Source of the DNA: Gemmatimonadota bacterium
Lineage (GTDB): Bacteria > Latescibacterota > UBA2968 > UBA8231
DNA length: 64,000 bases
Direction of reading: 5' to 3'
Assembly (NCBI GenBank): GCA_038153405.1
Contig: JAYOYH010000016.1
Coordinates: 33,823-97,822, forward strand
This document shows, one piece after another, positions 20,203 through 29,820 of the stretch. The first letter of the stretch is position 1, and the number at the start of each line of letters is the position of its first letter. The notes beneath the pieces are model-generated. The model worked only from the letters and a program-made list of their open reading frames with translations, searched no databases and was not told where the DNA came from. Both the position numbers and the translations under genes were made by a program.

Positions 20203-20672
20203 GCGCGACCCAAATTTTGCCGGAGTCGCTCGATGGACTGTTCGAGCCCTTGGCCGATGGCGTTGGCCTGTTTCAAGCGTTCGGGAAATTGATCGAAGAG
20301 CGCCGCATCCTGCTGGCGCACCCCCTCCAATATGAGGTCGAAGGCCTCCAAGCGCAGGCGCAGGTAGTCCTGCAGCAGCTGGTGCGTGGGCTGTAGATCG
20401 GTCAGCGTCGGCTGCAGCGCGGCGGCCTGCTCGGCCAACTGGGCCACTAGGGGGCGGAAGCGCTGTTCGACGAGTGGATAGATGACCTCGATATCAACCG
20501 AATCGGTCGGTACGGCCCGCTCTATGTCCACTTCCAACGAGCGCACGCTCTGTATGATGACGCCCACTTCATCGAGATAGCGCACGGCCCGCTCTGCATC
20601 GTTGCCCTCTGTCGCATCTTCATTGGCGCAGCCCAGTGCGAGGAGCAGGGTGATTGAAATCAGAAACTTCAA
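20193..20672 (-). CDS. Hypothetical helical lipoprotein
   Basis: Lipobox ALGC after a hydrophobic stretch; TTG start. Confidence 0.65.
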   Translation of the reverse strand: MKFLISITLLLALGCANEDATEGNDAERAVRYLDEVGVIIQSVRSLEVDIERAVPTDSVDIEVIYPLVEQRFRPLVAQLAEQAAALQPTLTDLQPTHQLLQDYLRLRLEAFDLILEGVRQQDAALFDQFPERLKQANAIGQGLEQSIERLRQNLGRAYR

Positions 20673-20685
20673 CGATTTGATGTCC

Positions 20686-21522
20686 TTATAGAATGTATTC
20701 GCCCCCCTCGCAGCCGGCTTCTATTGGCATGGGGACATGGGATAGCGCTTTGACTGTGGCATCTAACGCATCGTCGGTGCGCGCGGGGTGATGGTTAAAG
20801 AGGATCAGGCGCTTTGCGCCGGCTCGGCAGGCCACATCGACGGCCTGCTGCGGACAGCTGTGTCCCAAGCCCTGCTGCGCCGGGTATTCGTCGTCGCTGT
20901 AATAGGCGTCGTGGATAAGTAGGTCGGCCCCGCGGCACAGCGCCACCGCGCGCGCGCGGCTCGCTTCATCGCGGTACTCGACAACAGGTATGTAGGCGAG
21001 GGAGGCTTGGCCGTCGCTGATGCTGTAGGCCATGCACGGTCCGCCGTGGCTGTGCCCGACTTCGGCGTGCTCGACGCGGAAGTCGGCTAGCTGTAAGGGC
21101 TGCGGGTCATCTAATTCGCAGACCTCGACTTGGGCACCAATGTTTTCGTAGAAGAAGTTGGGCACCGGACAGTAAGTGGGCTGCATCTGCTCCAGCAGCA
21201 GTTCGCGCATGGCGTGTGCACCGCCGCGGCCGAAGAGGCGAAATGCGTTGCCCGGGATCAACAGGGGCAGGCAAAATGGCACCCCATGTATATGCGACCA
21301 GTGGGTGTGGCTGAACAGCAGATATGCCTGACCCTGACCGCGGCCAAAGGCGCCGGCAAAAAGGGCGTTGCCCAATCCGTTTAGGCCGATTCCGCCGTCT
21401 AGGATGAGCGTTGACGCGCCGGAACTTTCCACCTGCACGCAGAGCGTATTGACGCCGTATCGCCTGGTTTCAGAGCGGGGAATAGATATTTCACCGCGCG
21501 CGCCCCACAGCCGTATTCTCAC
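20686..21522 (-). CDS. MBL-fold metallohydrolase (phosphodiesterase-like)
   Basis: WGARG, SHTHWSHIHG (Asp replaced by Ser), GHS, NHHP. Confidence 0.8.
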   Translation of the reverse strand: MRIRLWGARGEISIPRSETRRYGVNTLCVQVESSGASTLILDGGIGLNGLGNALFAGAFGRGQGQAYLLFSHTHWSHIHGVPFCLPLLIPGNAFRLFGRGGAHAMRELLLEQMQPTYCPVPNFFYENIGAQVEVCELDDPQPLQLADFRVEHAEVGHSHGGPCMAYSISDGQASLAYIPVVEYRDEASRARAVALCRGADLLIHDAYYSDDEYPAQQGLGHSCPQQAVDVACRAGAKRLILFNHHPARTDDALDATVKALSHVPMPIEAGCEGGEYIL

Positions 21523-21534
21523 CCTGCCGCCCTC

Positions 21535-22404
21535 CTATAGCACCAGGTGATCGCCTTCAGCGGCGGCCAGCAAGGTGTTGTCGGGAGCCCGTCTGCCACA
21601 GTCTTCGACGAGGGCGTCGAGCTGCTCATCGCTGCGGTTGGGCGCGTGGTGAAAAAGGGCCGTGCGTCGGACGCGGGCCTCTTCGCTCAGGCGCAGGGCG
21701 TCGTCGGTGTGGCTATGGCCCCAATCGTCTTTGTACTCATCGGGCAGAAAGAACGAGTCAAAGACCATCAGATCGGCATCCTGGGCCAGTTCAACGGTTC
21801 CCCTTTGAAGGGTTAGCCGCCGATCTTCGAGCACGTCGTCCGTCCCCTCGCCCATACCCGCCCCGTGCAGGCGTGGGCCGTACAGATCGGTATCGCTGAC
21901 GTAGGCGAATACTTTGCCCGCGCATTCTATGCGAAAACCGCCCGTGTAGCTCGGATGGTTCAAGCGTTTGCACAAGACGTTGGCCGGTCCAATCTGCCAT
22001 TGCTGCCCCTCTGCCAGGTCGGTGAAGTGCAGCGCGGCATTGGCCTGTTCGAGTTGTACGGGAAAGAAGGGTTGTTGCTGCTGTTGATCGAGGATTTGGC
22101 AGATTGTTCGATCGGCGTGTGCCAGCGAATAGATATGAACGCGCGTGCCGCGCTCATGCAGCGGGGCAAAGTAGGGGAAACCGTGGATGTGATCCCAGTG
22201 CGTGTGGCTGATGAGCAAGTGGATTTCGCGCTGGCCGCGCTTGACCAACTGCTCGCCCAGCGCGTAAATACCGGTGCCTGCGTCAATTACGATGCACGAG
22301 CCCTGTGCATCGATCTCAATACAGGGAGTATTGCCGCCGTAGCGCACGCAGTGTGGTGAGGATACGGGGTAGGAGCCTCGCACGCCCCAGAACGTAACTT
22401 CCAT
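21535..22404 (-). CDS. MBL-fold metallohydrolase (phosphodiesterase-like)
   Basis: FWGVRGS, YGGNTPC, DAGTG, SHTHWDHIHG, WGHS, FHHAP. Confidence 0.88.
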   Translation of the reverse strand: MEVTFWGVRGSYPVSSPHCVRYGGNTPCIEIDAQGSCIVIDAGTGIYALGEQLVKRGQREIHLLISHTHWDHIHGFPYFAPLHERGTRVHIYSLAHADRTICQILDQQQQQPFFPVQLEQANAALHFTDLAEGQQWQIGPANVLCKRLNHPSYTGGFRIECAGKVFAYVSDTDLYGPRLHGAGMGEGTDDVLEDRRLTLQRGTVELAQDADLMVFDSFFLPDEYKDDWGHSHTDDALRLSEEARVRRTALFHHAPNRSDEQLDALVEDCGRRAPDNTLLAAAEGDHLVL

Positions 22405-22547
22405 CAAACATATCCGGTCAGTAACTGAGCAATGGCACAAAATAGTATAATATGAATTATGTTGTTAATACACAAGTATTTACTAAGTATCATGGCGGAT
22501 GCGTGGAACGGCAATCTATTTGGTGCATCAACCTCGTAGGCGCGATG

Positions 22548-22576
22548 TTTACAAGGGGAATGGCGTTTGTTATTAT
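22548..22576 (+). promoter_or_regulatory. Sigma70-type promoter for the lepB-proteasome operon
   Basis: TTTACA-N17-TATTAT with extended TG. Confidence 0.6.
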
Positions 22577-22606
22577 ATCGGCACGTCGCGATGTCAAAGG
22601 AGATCT

Positions 22607-23311
22607 ATGGACGCCAAGAATCGCAAGTCGAGCATCGGGGAGTACATTTCTTCTATCCTCGTTGCCGTGGGCTTGGCATTGCTCATTCGCACCGGGGTAG
22701 TGCAGGCCTTCTACATTCCCTCTGGCTCTATGGAAGACACGCTGCTGGTCGGGGATTATCTACTTGCCAATAAATTTGTCTACGGTGCGCCTTTCGACGT
22801 ACCGGCGACCAATATAACGCTGTTCCGCCTGCCGGCTCTGCGCGATCCACAGCCCGGCGATATCGTCATTTTTCGCTCGCCGGTCGATCCCGACCGCGAC
22901 CTCATCAAGCGCTGCGTCGCCGTGGGTGGGCAGACGGTCGAAATCGTCAATAAAACGCTCTATGTCGACGGCCAGCCCTTGGCCGATCCATCGCTGGCCA
23001 AATACACCGACCGCGCAGTCTATCCCGCTGCTTTCAATCCGCGCGACAACTTCGGTCCCTTCGCCGTTCCCGAGGGGCACTTCTTCATGATGGGGGACAA
23101 TCGCGACAACAGCGCCGATAGCCGCTACTGGCGTTCCGTGCCCAAGGATTTGATTAAGGGCAAGGCGATGAGTATATACTGGTCGTGGGCACCCGATACG
23201 GGAGGGCCCTACTATAGTGGTCCCGCATCGCTGCCCAGAGTGTTGGGCAGCTGGATTGGGCGCCTGCCAAGCCGCGTTCGCTACGAGCGCTTGGGCGACG
23301 TCATTCGCTAG
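22607..23311 (+). CDS. lepB: Signal peptidase I
   Basis: IPSGSMEDTL..GD, IKR, MGDNRDNS.DSRYW; SD AAGGAG. Confidence 0.95.
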   Translation: MDAKNRKSSIGEYISSILVAVGLALLIRTGVVQAFYIPSGSMEDTLLVGDYLLANKFVYGAPFDVPATNITLFRLPALRDPQPGDIVIFRSPVDPDRDLIKRCVAVGGQTVEIVNKTLYVDGQPLADPSLAKYTDRAVYPAAFNPRDNFGPFAVPEGHFFMMGDNRDNSADSRYWRSVPKDLIKGKAMSIYWSWAPDTGGPYYSGPASLPRVLGSWIGRLPSRVRYERLGDVIR

Positions 23312-23321
23312 GACGGAGAGC

Positions 23322-25034
23322 ATGAATAGGCGAAATAACAGAGACCGAGACGACGACGACTACGACGAGCGCGATGTCGGTCAGAGGGACGATGGCGACG
23401 AGCCGCTGCGCTTGGTAGACCAGCTATTGACGATGGCTGCCGACCGCGATCCGGCGCGCCCACTGCTCTACCAGCTGCGGCGCCAGCTGATGGAGCGCGA
23501 GATTTCCTTTCAGGAGGCGCGGCGCTCCTTGGTCGAGATGGAAGCCGCCCTAGAGAAAGTCACGGCGCCGGCCAACCGAATTGGCATTTTTCTCAATTCG
23601 CCGAAAGAGGGTATCGCCAACGTATTTGTCAGTGGTTCCGAGTACTACGCCAATATCGACCCGCGCGTCGACGCGGCGCGCCTGCGCGCTGGCTGCCGAG
23701 TGCTGATCAACGAAGCCTATGCCGTGGTGGGCGATTTGGGCTACAGCCCCAGCGGGCCGGTTGCCAAAATAGGCGACGTGCTCGAAGGAGGGCGGCTGCG
23801 CCTGTCGCAGGCGCACGGAACCCAGGAGGTCGTGCTAGAGCGCGGCGCCGAACTGCTGGACATCGAACTCAAGGTGGGCGATGAGGTGCGCGTCGATCCG
23901 GCTTTTAAAATGGCCTTGGAGCGGCTGCAGTCGGCCGAGAGCAAGGAATACTTTATCGAGGACGTGCCGCCGACGCCTTGGGAGAGCATCGGCGGGCAGG
24001 AGGAGGCTATCCAGGCCATCCGCGATACCATCGAACTGCCGGCTCTGCACCCCGAGCTCTTCGAGCGCTTTCAGTACAGCACGCCGAAGGGATTTTTGCT
24101 CTACGGTCCGCCTGGATGCGGCAAGACGCTGATCGGCAAAGCTACGGCCTACAACCTCGTTGAGCACATGCGTCGCGAAGAAGGCTTAGAGCTAAAAGAG
24201 TACTTCATGCACATCAAGGGCCCCGAGATTCTCAATATGTGGCTCGGCGAGACCGAACGCATGGTGCGCGAAGTATTTGCCCAAGCGCGGCAGAAGCGCA
24301 AGGAAGGCTATCTACCCTTCGTCTTTATCGACGAGGCGGAATCCATTCTGGGCACGCGGCGCTCGATGCGCTCGCACAATATTTCCAACACCGTAGTGCC
24401 GATGTTTTGCACCGAAATGGACGGCATCGAGTCACTGCACGATGTAGTCATTGTTTTGGCTTCCAATCGCCACGACCTGATCGATCCGGCTATTTTGCGC
24501 CCCGGTCGCATCGATCGCAAAATAAAGGTCAACCGCCCCAACTACGAAGCGGCTAGGGCCATCTTCTCAATTTATTTGACGCCTTCCCTGCCGATTGATG
24601 CTGCAGAAATAGCCGAACACGGCGGCCAAGAAGCCGCGCGCGAGGCACTCGTTCAGCAGGGCGTTGACGAACTCTTTGCGCGCAGCGAAGAGACGCGCTT
24701 TCTCGAAGTGTCGCTGCGCTCTGGGCGTCAGGAAGTGCTCTACCGCGGCGACCTTTCCAGCGGTGCGATCATCGCATCCGTGGTGCAGCGCGCCAAGGAG
24801 TTGGCCATTAAGCGCGCCATTGCACAGCAGGAGGCCGGCGCGGGCGTGCGCGCGCAAGACCTGCGCGACGCGGTGCGCCACGAGTATCGAGAGAACGAGG
24901 TGTTTCCGCCGTCCGACAGCGTCGAAGACTGGCTCAAGCTGCTGGACTACGAGCCGGAAAACGTGGTCAAGGTGACGCCGGTGCGTCCGCAGATGGAAAA
25001 GGTGCAGGAGATGCGCGCCGGCAAGGTGATCTAG
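23322..25034 (+). CDS. arc: Proteasome-associated AAA+ ATPase (ARC/Mpa type)
   Basis: N-terminal coiled coil plus OB-like region; GPPGCGKT; IKGPEILN.W.GE; FIDEAE; DPAILRPGRIDRKI; operon context. Confidence 0.9.
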   Translation: MNRRNNRDRDDDDYDERDVGQRDDGDEPLRLVDQLLTMAADRDPARPLLYQLRRQLMEREISFQEARRSLVEMEAALEKVTAPANRIGIFLNSPKEGIANVFVSGSEYYANIDPRVDAARLRAGCRVLINEAYAVVGDLGYSPSGPVAKIGDVLEGGRLRLSQAHGTQEVVLERGAELLDIELKVGDEVRVDPAFKMALERLQSAESKEYFIEDVPPTPWESIGGQEEAIQAIRDTIELPALHPELFERFQYSTPKGFLLYGPPGCGKTLIGKATAYNLVEHMRREEGLELKEYFMHIKGPEILNMWLGETERMVREVFAQARQKRKEGYLPFVFIDEAESILGTRRSMRSHNISNTVVPMFCTEMDGIESLHDVVIVLASNRHDLIDPAILRPGRIDRKIKVNRPNYEAARAIFSIYLTPSLPIDAAEIAEHGGQEAAREALVQQGVDELFARSEETRFLEVSLRSGRQEVLYRGDLSSGAIIASVVQRAKELAIKRAIAQQEAGAGVRAQDLRDAVRHEYRENEVFPPSDSVEDWLKLLDYEPENVVKVTPVRPQMEKVQEMRAGKVI

Positions 25035-25037
25035 CGC

Positions 25038-26591
25038 ATGTTGCGACTGTGTGGGTTGGAAACGGAGTACGGAATCCAAGTCGACGACGTCGATCACATG
25101 GATGTAGTCGTCGAGTCGATGGAGTTGATCCGCTGCTACCTGCACGACGATTTCGTCGCACGCTGGAACTACGGGCTGGAGAATCCCCGCCGCGATATGC
25201 GCGGTTTCGAGGTCGACGAGCTGCGCAACGACAAGGACGAGATGGAGCACCTGCAGCAGGATCGCGCGCGCAAGATTCCCCTCAAAGATCTCAAGAGCGA
25301 CCTGTTGATCCACAACGGCGCTCGTCTCTACAACGACCACACCCATCCCGAATTTTCTACGCCCGAGTGCTACGACCTGTTTGGCTTGGTCGCCTTTGAT
25401 CGCGCTGGCGAGCGCATTGTGCTGCAGTGTGCCCAGCAGCGCACGGCCACGCGCGGCGGCGGCGTGGTGCGCCTCTACAAGAACAACACGGACTTCGACG
25501 GCCATAGCTACGGCACGCACGAGAACTTCCTCATTCGCCGCGATGTTCCTTTCGACAGGGTTATCGCCGGACTGCTGCCCTTTATTGCGACTCGCCAGAT
25601 CTACGCCGGTGCCGGGAAGGTCGGCGTCGAGGAAGATACGCGCGCCGACAGCGGCATATACCAGCTGGCGCAGCGCTCCGACTTCTTCGAGGTAATTACC
25701 AGCGTAGACACCATGCAGCGCCGGCCGCTAGTCAACAGCCGCGACGAGCCGCACGCCGACCCGGCGCACTGGCGCCGTCTGCACATGATCGTCGGCGACG
25801 CCAATATGTCCGAGTGGGCAACGGCGCTCAAAGTCGGCGCGTTGGGACTGGTGTTGGACCTCGTGGAAATGGATGCGGTGCCGGTGTGCGAGCTGGCCGA
25901 TCCGGTGGGTGCGCTGAAGAGCGTTTCGCGCGACCAGACGCATCAGTGGCCCGTTGAATTAGCGGGCGGTGGGCACACGTCGGCGCTCGATATTCAGGCG
26001 ACCTATTGGGATGCGGCGCGCGAGCGGCTGCAGGGCCGCGACGACGAGACGGACTGGGTGCTGGGCGAGTGGCAGCGGGCTATCGAGGCGCTCGGCCGCG
26101 ATCCGGGTGAACTGCAGGGGCTGTGTGATTGGGTGACTAAGAAGTGGCTGCTGGACGCGTTCGCCGAATCGGAGGGGTTGGACTGGAGCCGACCCGACGA
26201 CCGCGCTTGGTTACAAAGTCAGGATCTGGAGTACCACAACGTCGACCCGGCCGAGGGGCTCTACCTGATGCTGGAGGAGAGCGGACAGGTTTCGCAGTTG
26301 CTTAGCGACGAAGAGGTGCGCCGTGCGATGGTGGTGCCGCCAGCGGATACGCGCGCCTATTTTCGCGGCGTGGCGCTGGAGAAATTCTCCGCGCAGGTGC
26401 GTTCGCTCAACTGGGACAGCATCGAATTTGAGACTGCTGGCAAGGCGTACATCGTCGATTTAAAAGGGTGTGTCGATGCGGCGTCGGCCGCATATTTTAA
26501 CGCAGCGCTCGACGGAGCGCACAGCGTTGAAGAGCTGGTGGAAAAACTGGCGGCCTGGCAGCCTCAGGACGCGTCGAAAGGAGAAGCGTGA
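25038..26591 (+). CDS. dop: Depupylase/deamidase Dop (PafA2 family)
   Basis: GLETEYG, NGARLYNDHTHPEFSTPEC, YKNNTD, SYG.HEN, RDEPHAD, RRLH. Confidence 0.88.
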   Translation: MLRLCGLETEYGIQVDDVDHMDVVVESMELIRCYLHDDFVARWNYGLENPRRDMRGFEVDELRNDKDEMEHLQQDRARKIPLKDLKSDLLIHNGARLYNDHTHPEFSTPECYDLFGLVAFDRAGERIVLQCAQQRTATRGGGVVRLYKNNTDFDGHSYGTHENFLIRRDVPFDRVIAGLLPFIATRQIYAGAGKVGVEEDTRADSGIYQLAQRSDFFEVITSVDTMQRRPLVNSRDEPHADPAHWRRLHMIVGDANMSEWATALKVGALGLVLDLVEMDAVPVCELADPVGALKSVSRDQTHQWPVELAGGGHTSALDIQATYWDAARERLQGRDDETDWVLGEWQRAIEALGRDPGELQGLCDWVTKKWLLDAFAESEGLDWSRPDDRAWLQSQDLEYHNVDPAEGLYLMLEESGQVSQLLSDEEVRRAMVVPPADTRAYFRGVALEKFSAQVRSLNWDSIEFETAGKAYIVDLKGCVDAASAAYFNAALDGAHSVEELVEKLAAWQPQDASKGEA

Positions 26592-26782
26592 TGAATGCTT
26601 TTGAACTGCGCGATCGCATACCGCGTCCCGTTAAGCCGATGGACGACGGCGGAGGTGAAGGAGACGATGGACCGCGCCGCCCAAAAGTTGAAAAGCCGGG
26701 CGGGGGCGACGATATACTCAAGCGCATGAAGCGTGTCGATCCCAACCAAGCGCGGCGCTATCGCCAGCGCACGGGTGAGTAG
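26591..26782 (+). CDS. ubact: Ubiquitin-like protein UBact (Pup analogue)
   Basis: 63-aa disordered protein ending LKRMKRVDPNQARRYRQRTGE (UBact R[TS]G[EQ] terminus); occupies the pup position; ATG overlaps the dop stop. Confidence 0.92.
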   Translation: MNAFELRDRIPRPVKPMDDGGGEGDDGPRRPKVEKPGGGDDILKRMKRVDPNQARRYRQRTGE

Positions 26783-26790
26783 GCGCATCG

Positions 26791-27558
26791 ATGGAGAGCT
26801 GTGACTTTCTCGATCTACTGCGCGAAGGAGGGCACCTGCCCGAGGTTGCCTCTGTCGCGCAGGGCGACCGGCCTTTCGAAAGCACGGAAGGAACGACCAT
26901 TCTCGCCGTGCGCTACCGCGATGGCGTGCTGGTGGCGGGCGACCGGCGGGCGACTATGGGCAACTTGGTCGTCTACGATCGCGCCGACAAGGTGCTGAGC
27001 ATTGACGACGATTCGGTGATGGCCATTTCCGGTTCGCCGGCCATTGCCTACGAAATCGCGCGCATGCTGGAGATGTCCGTGCAGTACTACAGGCGCAGTC
27101 AACTGCAAAAGCTCAGCCTTGACGGCAAGCTGCGCACGCTCTCGCGGCTGCTGCGCCAGAACTTGCCGATGGCCATGCAGGGCGTCGGCGCCGTAATCCC
27201 GATCTATGCCGCCTTCGATCCGCGCGATGCTACGGGTAAAATCTTCTTCTACGACCTGCTCGGCGCGACGTTCGAGAGCGTCGATTTTTGCACCACCGGA
27301 TCCGGTTCGCACATTATTCGCGGTGCGCTCTACTACCTCAATCGCTGGGGCGATACGCCGCTGGCCGAAATGGATGAGGGCGCCGCGCTGGAGTTGATCG
27401 TGAAAATGTTGGAGACCGCGGCCGAATACGATACGGCTACCGGTGGCTACCGCCCTAGTGCGCGCATTTACCCAACGGTGATGCGAGTTAGTGCCGACGG
27501 CATTCACTGTGTGGAAGAAGGCGAATTGGAAGCGATCTTCCAGGGATGGACGGCTTAG
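26791..27558 (+). CDS. prcB: 20S proteasome beta subunit
   Basis: 34-aa propeptide, G/TT cleavage site, Thr1-Asp17-Lys33 exactly spaced, GSGS. Confidence 0.92.
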   Translation: MESCDFLDLLREGGHLPEVASVAQGDRPFESTEGTTILAVRYRDGVLVAGDRRATMGNLVVYDRADKVLSIDDDSVMAISGSPAIAYEIARMLEMSVQYYRRSQLQKLSLDGKLRTLSRLLRQNLPMAMQGVGAVIPIYAAFDPRDATGKIFFYDLLGATFESVDFCTTGSGSHIIRGALYYLNRWGDTPLAEMDEGAALELIVKMLETAAEYDTATGGYRPSARIYPTVMRVSADGIHCVEEGELEAIFQGWTA

Positions 27559-28320
27559 ATGTTAGAGGAACCTTATCGCTGGGTCGAGGCCATGCGCAAC
27601 CGCCGCGAATACCTCGAAGACCAACTGCGCGGTGCCTCGCCCGTAGTGGCTACGCGCTATCAGCGCGGCGTGCTCCTACTGACGACGACGCCGGGTCCGC
27701 GCAAGGTCTTTGAGGTATACAACGAAATCGCCTTTGCTGCCATCGGCCATCCCGCCGATATCGAGAAGCTGCGCAAGGCGGTTATCGATATTGCGCACTT
27801 GGAGGGCTTCAATCTTTCGGCAAACGATGTCAACTTGCAGCGCTTGGTGAGCTTTGGCATCGGCCCGCTGGTCAAGGGAGCCTTTGACGAAATTTTCCGC
27901 TCGCCCTTTCTGGCGCGCGTGCTGTTGGCCGAGTTGGACCCACCCAGCGACGACGATATGTTTTACACCATCGACGCCGATGGAACGTTTGTGCGCGCTG
28001 GTCAGGTGGCCGCCGTCGGCAGCGAGGAGAGCGTGGAAGCCATTGTCGGGGCACTGAGTGCGCATCCGCCTGAAGCGACCTTGGATGTCGCCATAGAAGC
28101 AGCGCTCAAGGCTTGGGGGCGAGGGCGCATGGCGATAGACCGCGAAGAGGGAGAAGGTCTGCCCACCGACGAAGCGGTCGATGCCTTCCTGCGCGACGCA
28201 CTGGTCGGCCTCAAAGTCGAAGCGGGCGTGCTCGATCGCAGTGCGTCGACCAAGTCAAAATTTCGCCTGTTAGGCGACGACGACCTAAGAGCCGTGCTGA
28301 GCGAATATCGCGGGGCGTGA
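27559..28320 (+). CDS. prcA: 20S proteasome alpha subunit
   Basis: AMR.RREY, RKVFEVY..IAFAAIG resemble actinobacterial PrcA; directly follows prcB. Confidence 0.85.
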   Translation: MLEEPYRWVEAMRNRREYLEDQLRGASPVVATRYQRGVLLLTTTPGPRKVFEVYNEIAFAAIGHPADIEKLRKAVIDIAHLEGFNLSANDVNLQRLVSFGIGPLVKGAFDEIFRSPFLARVLLAELDPPSDDDMFYTIDADGTFVRAGQVAAVGSEESVEAIVGALSAHPPEATLDVAIEAALKAWGRGRMAIDREEGEGLPTDEAVDAFLRDALVGLKVEAGVLDRSASTKSKFRLLGDDDLRAVLSEYRGA

Positions 28321-28322
28321 CC

Positions 28323-29744
28323 ATGAGGGATCGCATCTTTGGGCTCGAGACGGAGTACGGCTGTTTGCCGCCGGACACCGATCCCTTTCTGAGCCCGGAA
28401 TACATTTCGGTCAAGACCAAAGACTGTTTGTTTTTTCGCGAGGGATTGGGCTTGGTCGACATGCACTACCGCGGGCGCGACGAACCGCCGGGCAATGGCG
28501 GCTTTCTCTTTAACGGCGGTAGACTCTACATCGATATGGGGCACGTCGAATACGCCACGCCCGAATGTTCGGGCCTCTTTGACCTGGTGGCTGCCGATCG
28601 CGCCGGCGAGATTATGGTTCAGCGCGCGCTCGACCATCTAGACAGCAGCGGCCGCGCCTCTTTTATAAAGAACAACATAGATCACTATACGGGGGCGACC
28701 TTCGGCTGCCACGAGAATTACCTCGTGCGCCGCGAAGTGCCCTTCTCGCAGGTGCTGCTGCCGGCCATGTTGCCGTTCTTTGTCACGCGGCAGATCTTTG
28801 CCGGCGCCGGTCGCGTCGGCTGCCACACCGACATCTTTGAGTCGGGCGTCGAGCCGGACCAGAGTGTCACCTACCAGATTTCGCAGCGCGCCGACCATAT
28901 CGTTACGGAAATTTACCAGTGGATACAGTTTAGTCGGGCCATTATCAACACGCGAGACGAGCCGCTGGCCGATTGGGGACAATTTCGCCGTTTGCACCTG
29001 CTCGTTGGCGATTCGAATATGTCGGAATACGCTACGGCGCTCAAGGTGGGTAGCACGGGGCTGGTGTTACAGCTCCTCGAAGAGCACATCGTGCCGGAAA
29101 TGGGTTTGCTCAACGCGGTGGACGCCATTCGCGATATTTCGCGCGATGTCAGCTGCACGTGGGAAATTCAGCTAGAAGACGGTCGCTATACGACGGCCAT
29201 TGACGTGCAGCGCTACTACATGGATATGGCGGAGCGCTACCTGCGCGGGCGCGATGAAGAGACCGACTGGGTGTTGGACGAGTGGCGCTTTGTGCTAGAC
29301 GGACTGCTGCACGATCCGGGGGCACTGGTTGATCGCGTCGATTGGATCGCCAAAAAGTCGCTCTTGGAACAGTTTATGGAAGCCGAGGGAATCGACTGGC
29401 ACGATCCGTGGTTGCAAAGCTTGGATTTGGAGTACCATAATTTGAATCCCAGCAAGGGATTATATTTTGATCTACTCCGGCGTGGCCGCATGAAGCGCGT
29501 AGTCGATGAGGAGCGCGTAAACAATGCCATCGCCAACCCGCCGGCTGACACGCGTGCGTGGGCGCGCTCGCAGGTCATGCGCGCGCTGACCGAAATGAAA
29601 GCGCGCTACGTAATCGACTGGGATTCGATTTACGTCGAAGACGATAGATATCTCAACATAGACGATCCCTTTTGCCTGTATGAATCGGATGCGGAGGAGT
29701 TCATCGCCGAACTCGGCGCGGAGGGCGATGCCGAAGAAGAGTGA
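28323..29744 (+). CDS. pafA: Pup/UBact-protein ligase PafA
   Basis: RIFGLETEYG, NGGRLYIDMGHVEYATPEC, GCHENY, SRAIINTRDEPLAD, RRLH.LVGDSNM, DLEYH. Confidence 0.9.
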   Translation: MRDRIFGLETEYGCLPPDTDPFLSPEYISVKTKDCLFFREGLGLVDMHYRGRDEPPGNGGFLFNGGRLYIDMGHVEYATPECSGLFDLVAADRAGEIMVQRALDHLDSSGRASFIKNNIDHYTGATFGCHENYLVRREVPFSQVLLPAMLPFFVTRQIFAGAGRVGCHTDIFESGVEPDQSVTYQISQRADHIVTEIYQWIQFSRAIINTRDEPLADWGQFRRLHLLVGDSNMSEYATALKVGSTGLVLQLLEEHIVPEMGLLNAVDAIRDISRDVSCTWEIQLEDGRYTTAIDVQRYYMDMAERYLRGRDEETDWVLDEWRFVLDGLLHDPGALVDRVDWIAKKSLLEQFMEAEGIDWHDPWLQSLDLEYHNLNPSKGLYFDLLRRGRMKRVVDEERVNNAIANPPADTRAWARSQVMRALTEMKARYVIDWDSIYVEDDRYLNIDDPFCLYESDAEEFIAELGAEGDAEEE

Positions 29745-29820
29745 AAAGTAGCATTGTGTAGATTATTTGTTATATTTTATAGTACTTGAGTACTCATTCC
29801 TGCCCCAAGGAGAGTAGTTC

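Noticed and set aside
26591..26782. Calling the small protein canonical Pup
   Set aside because: It lacks the GGQ/GGE terminus; RTGE matches UBact.
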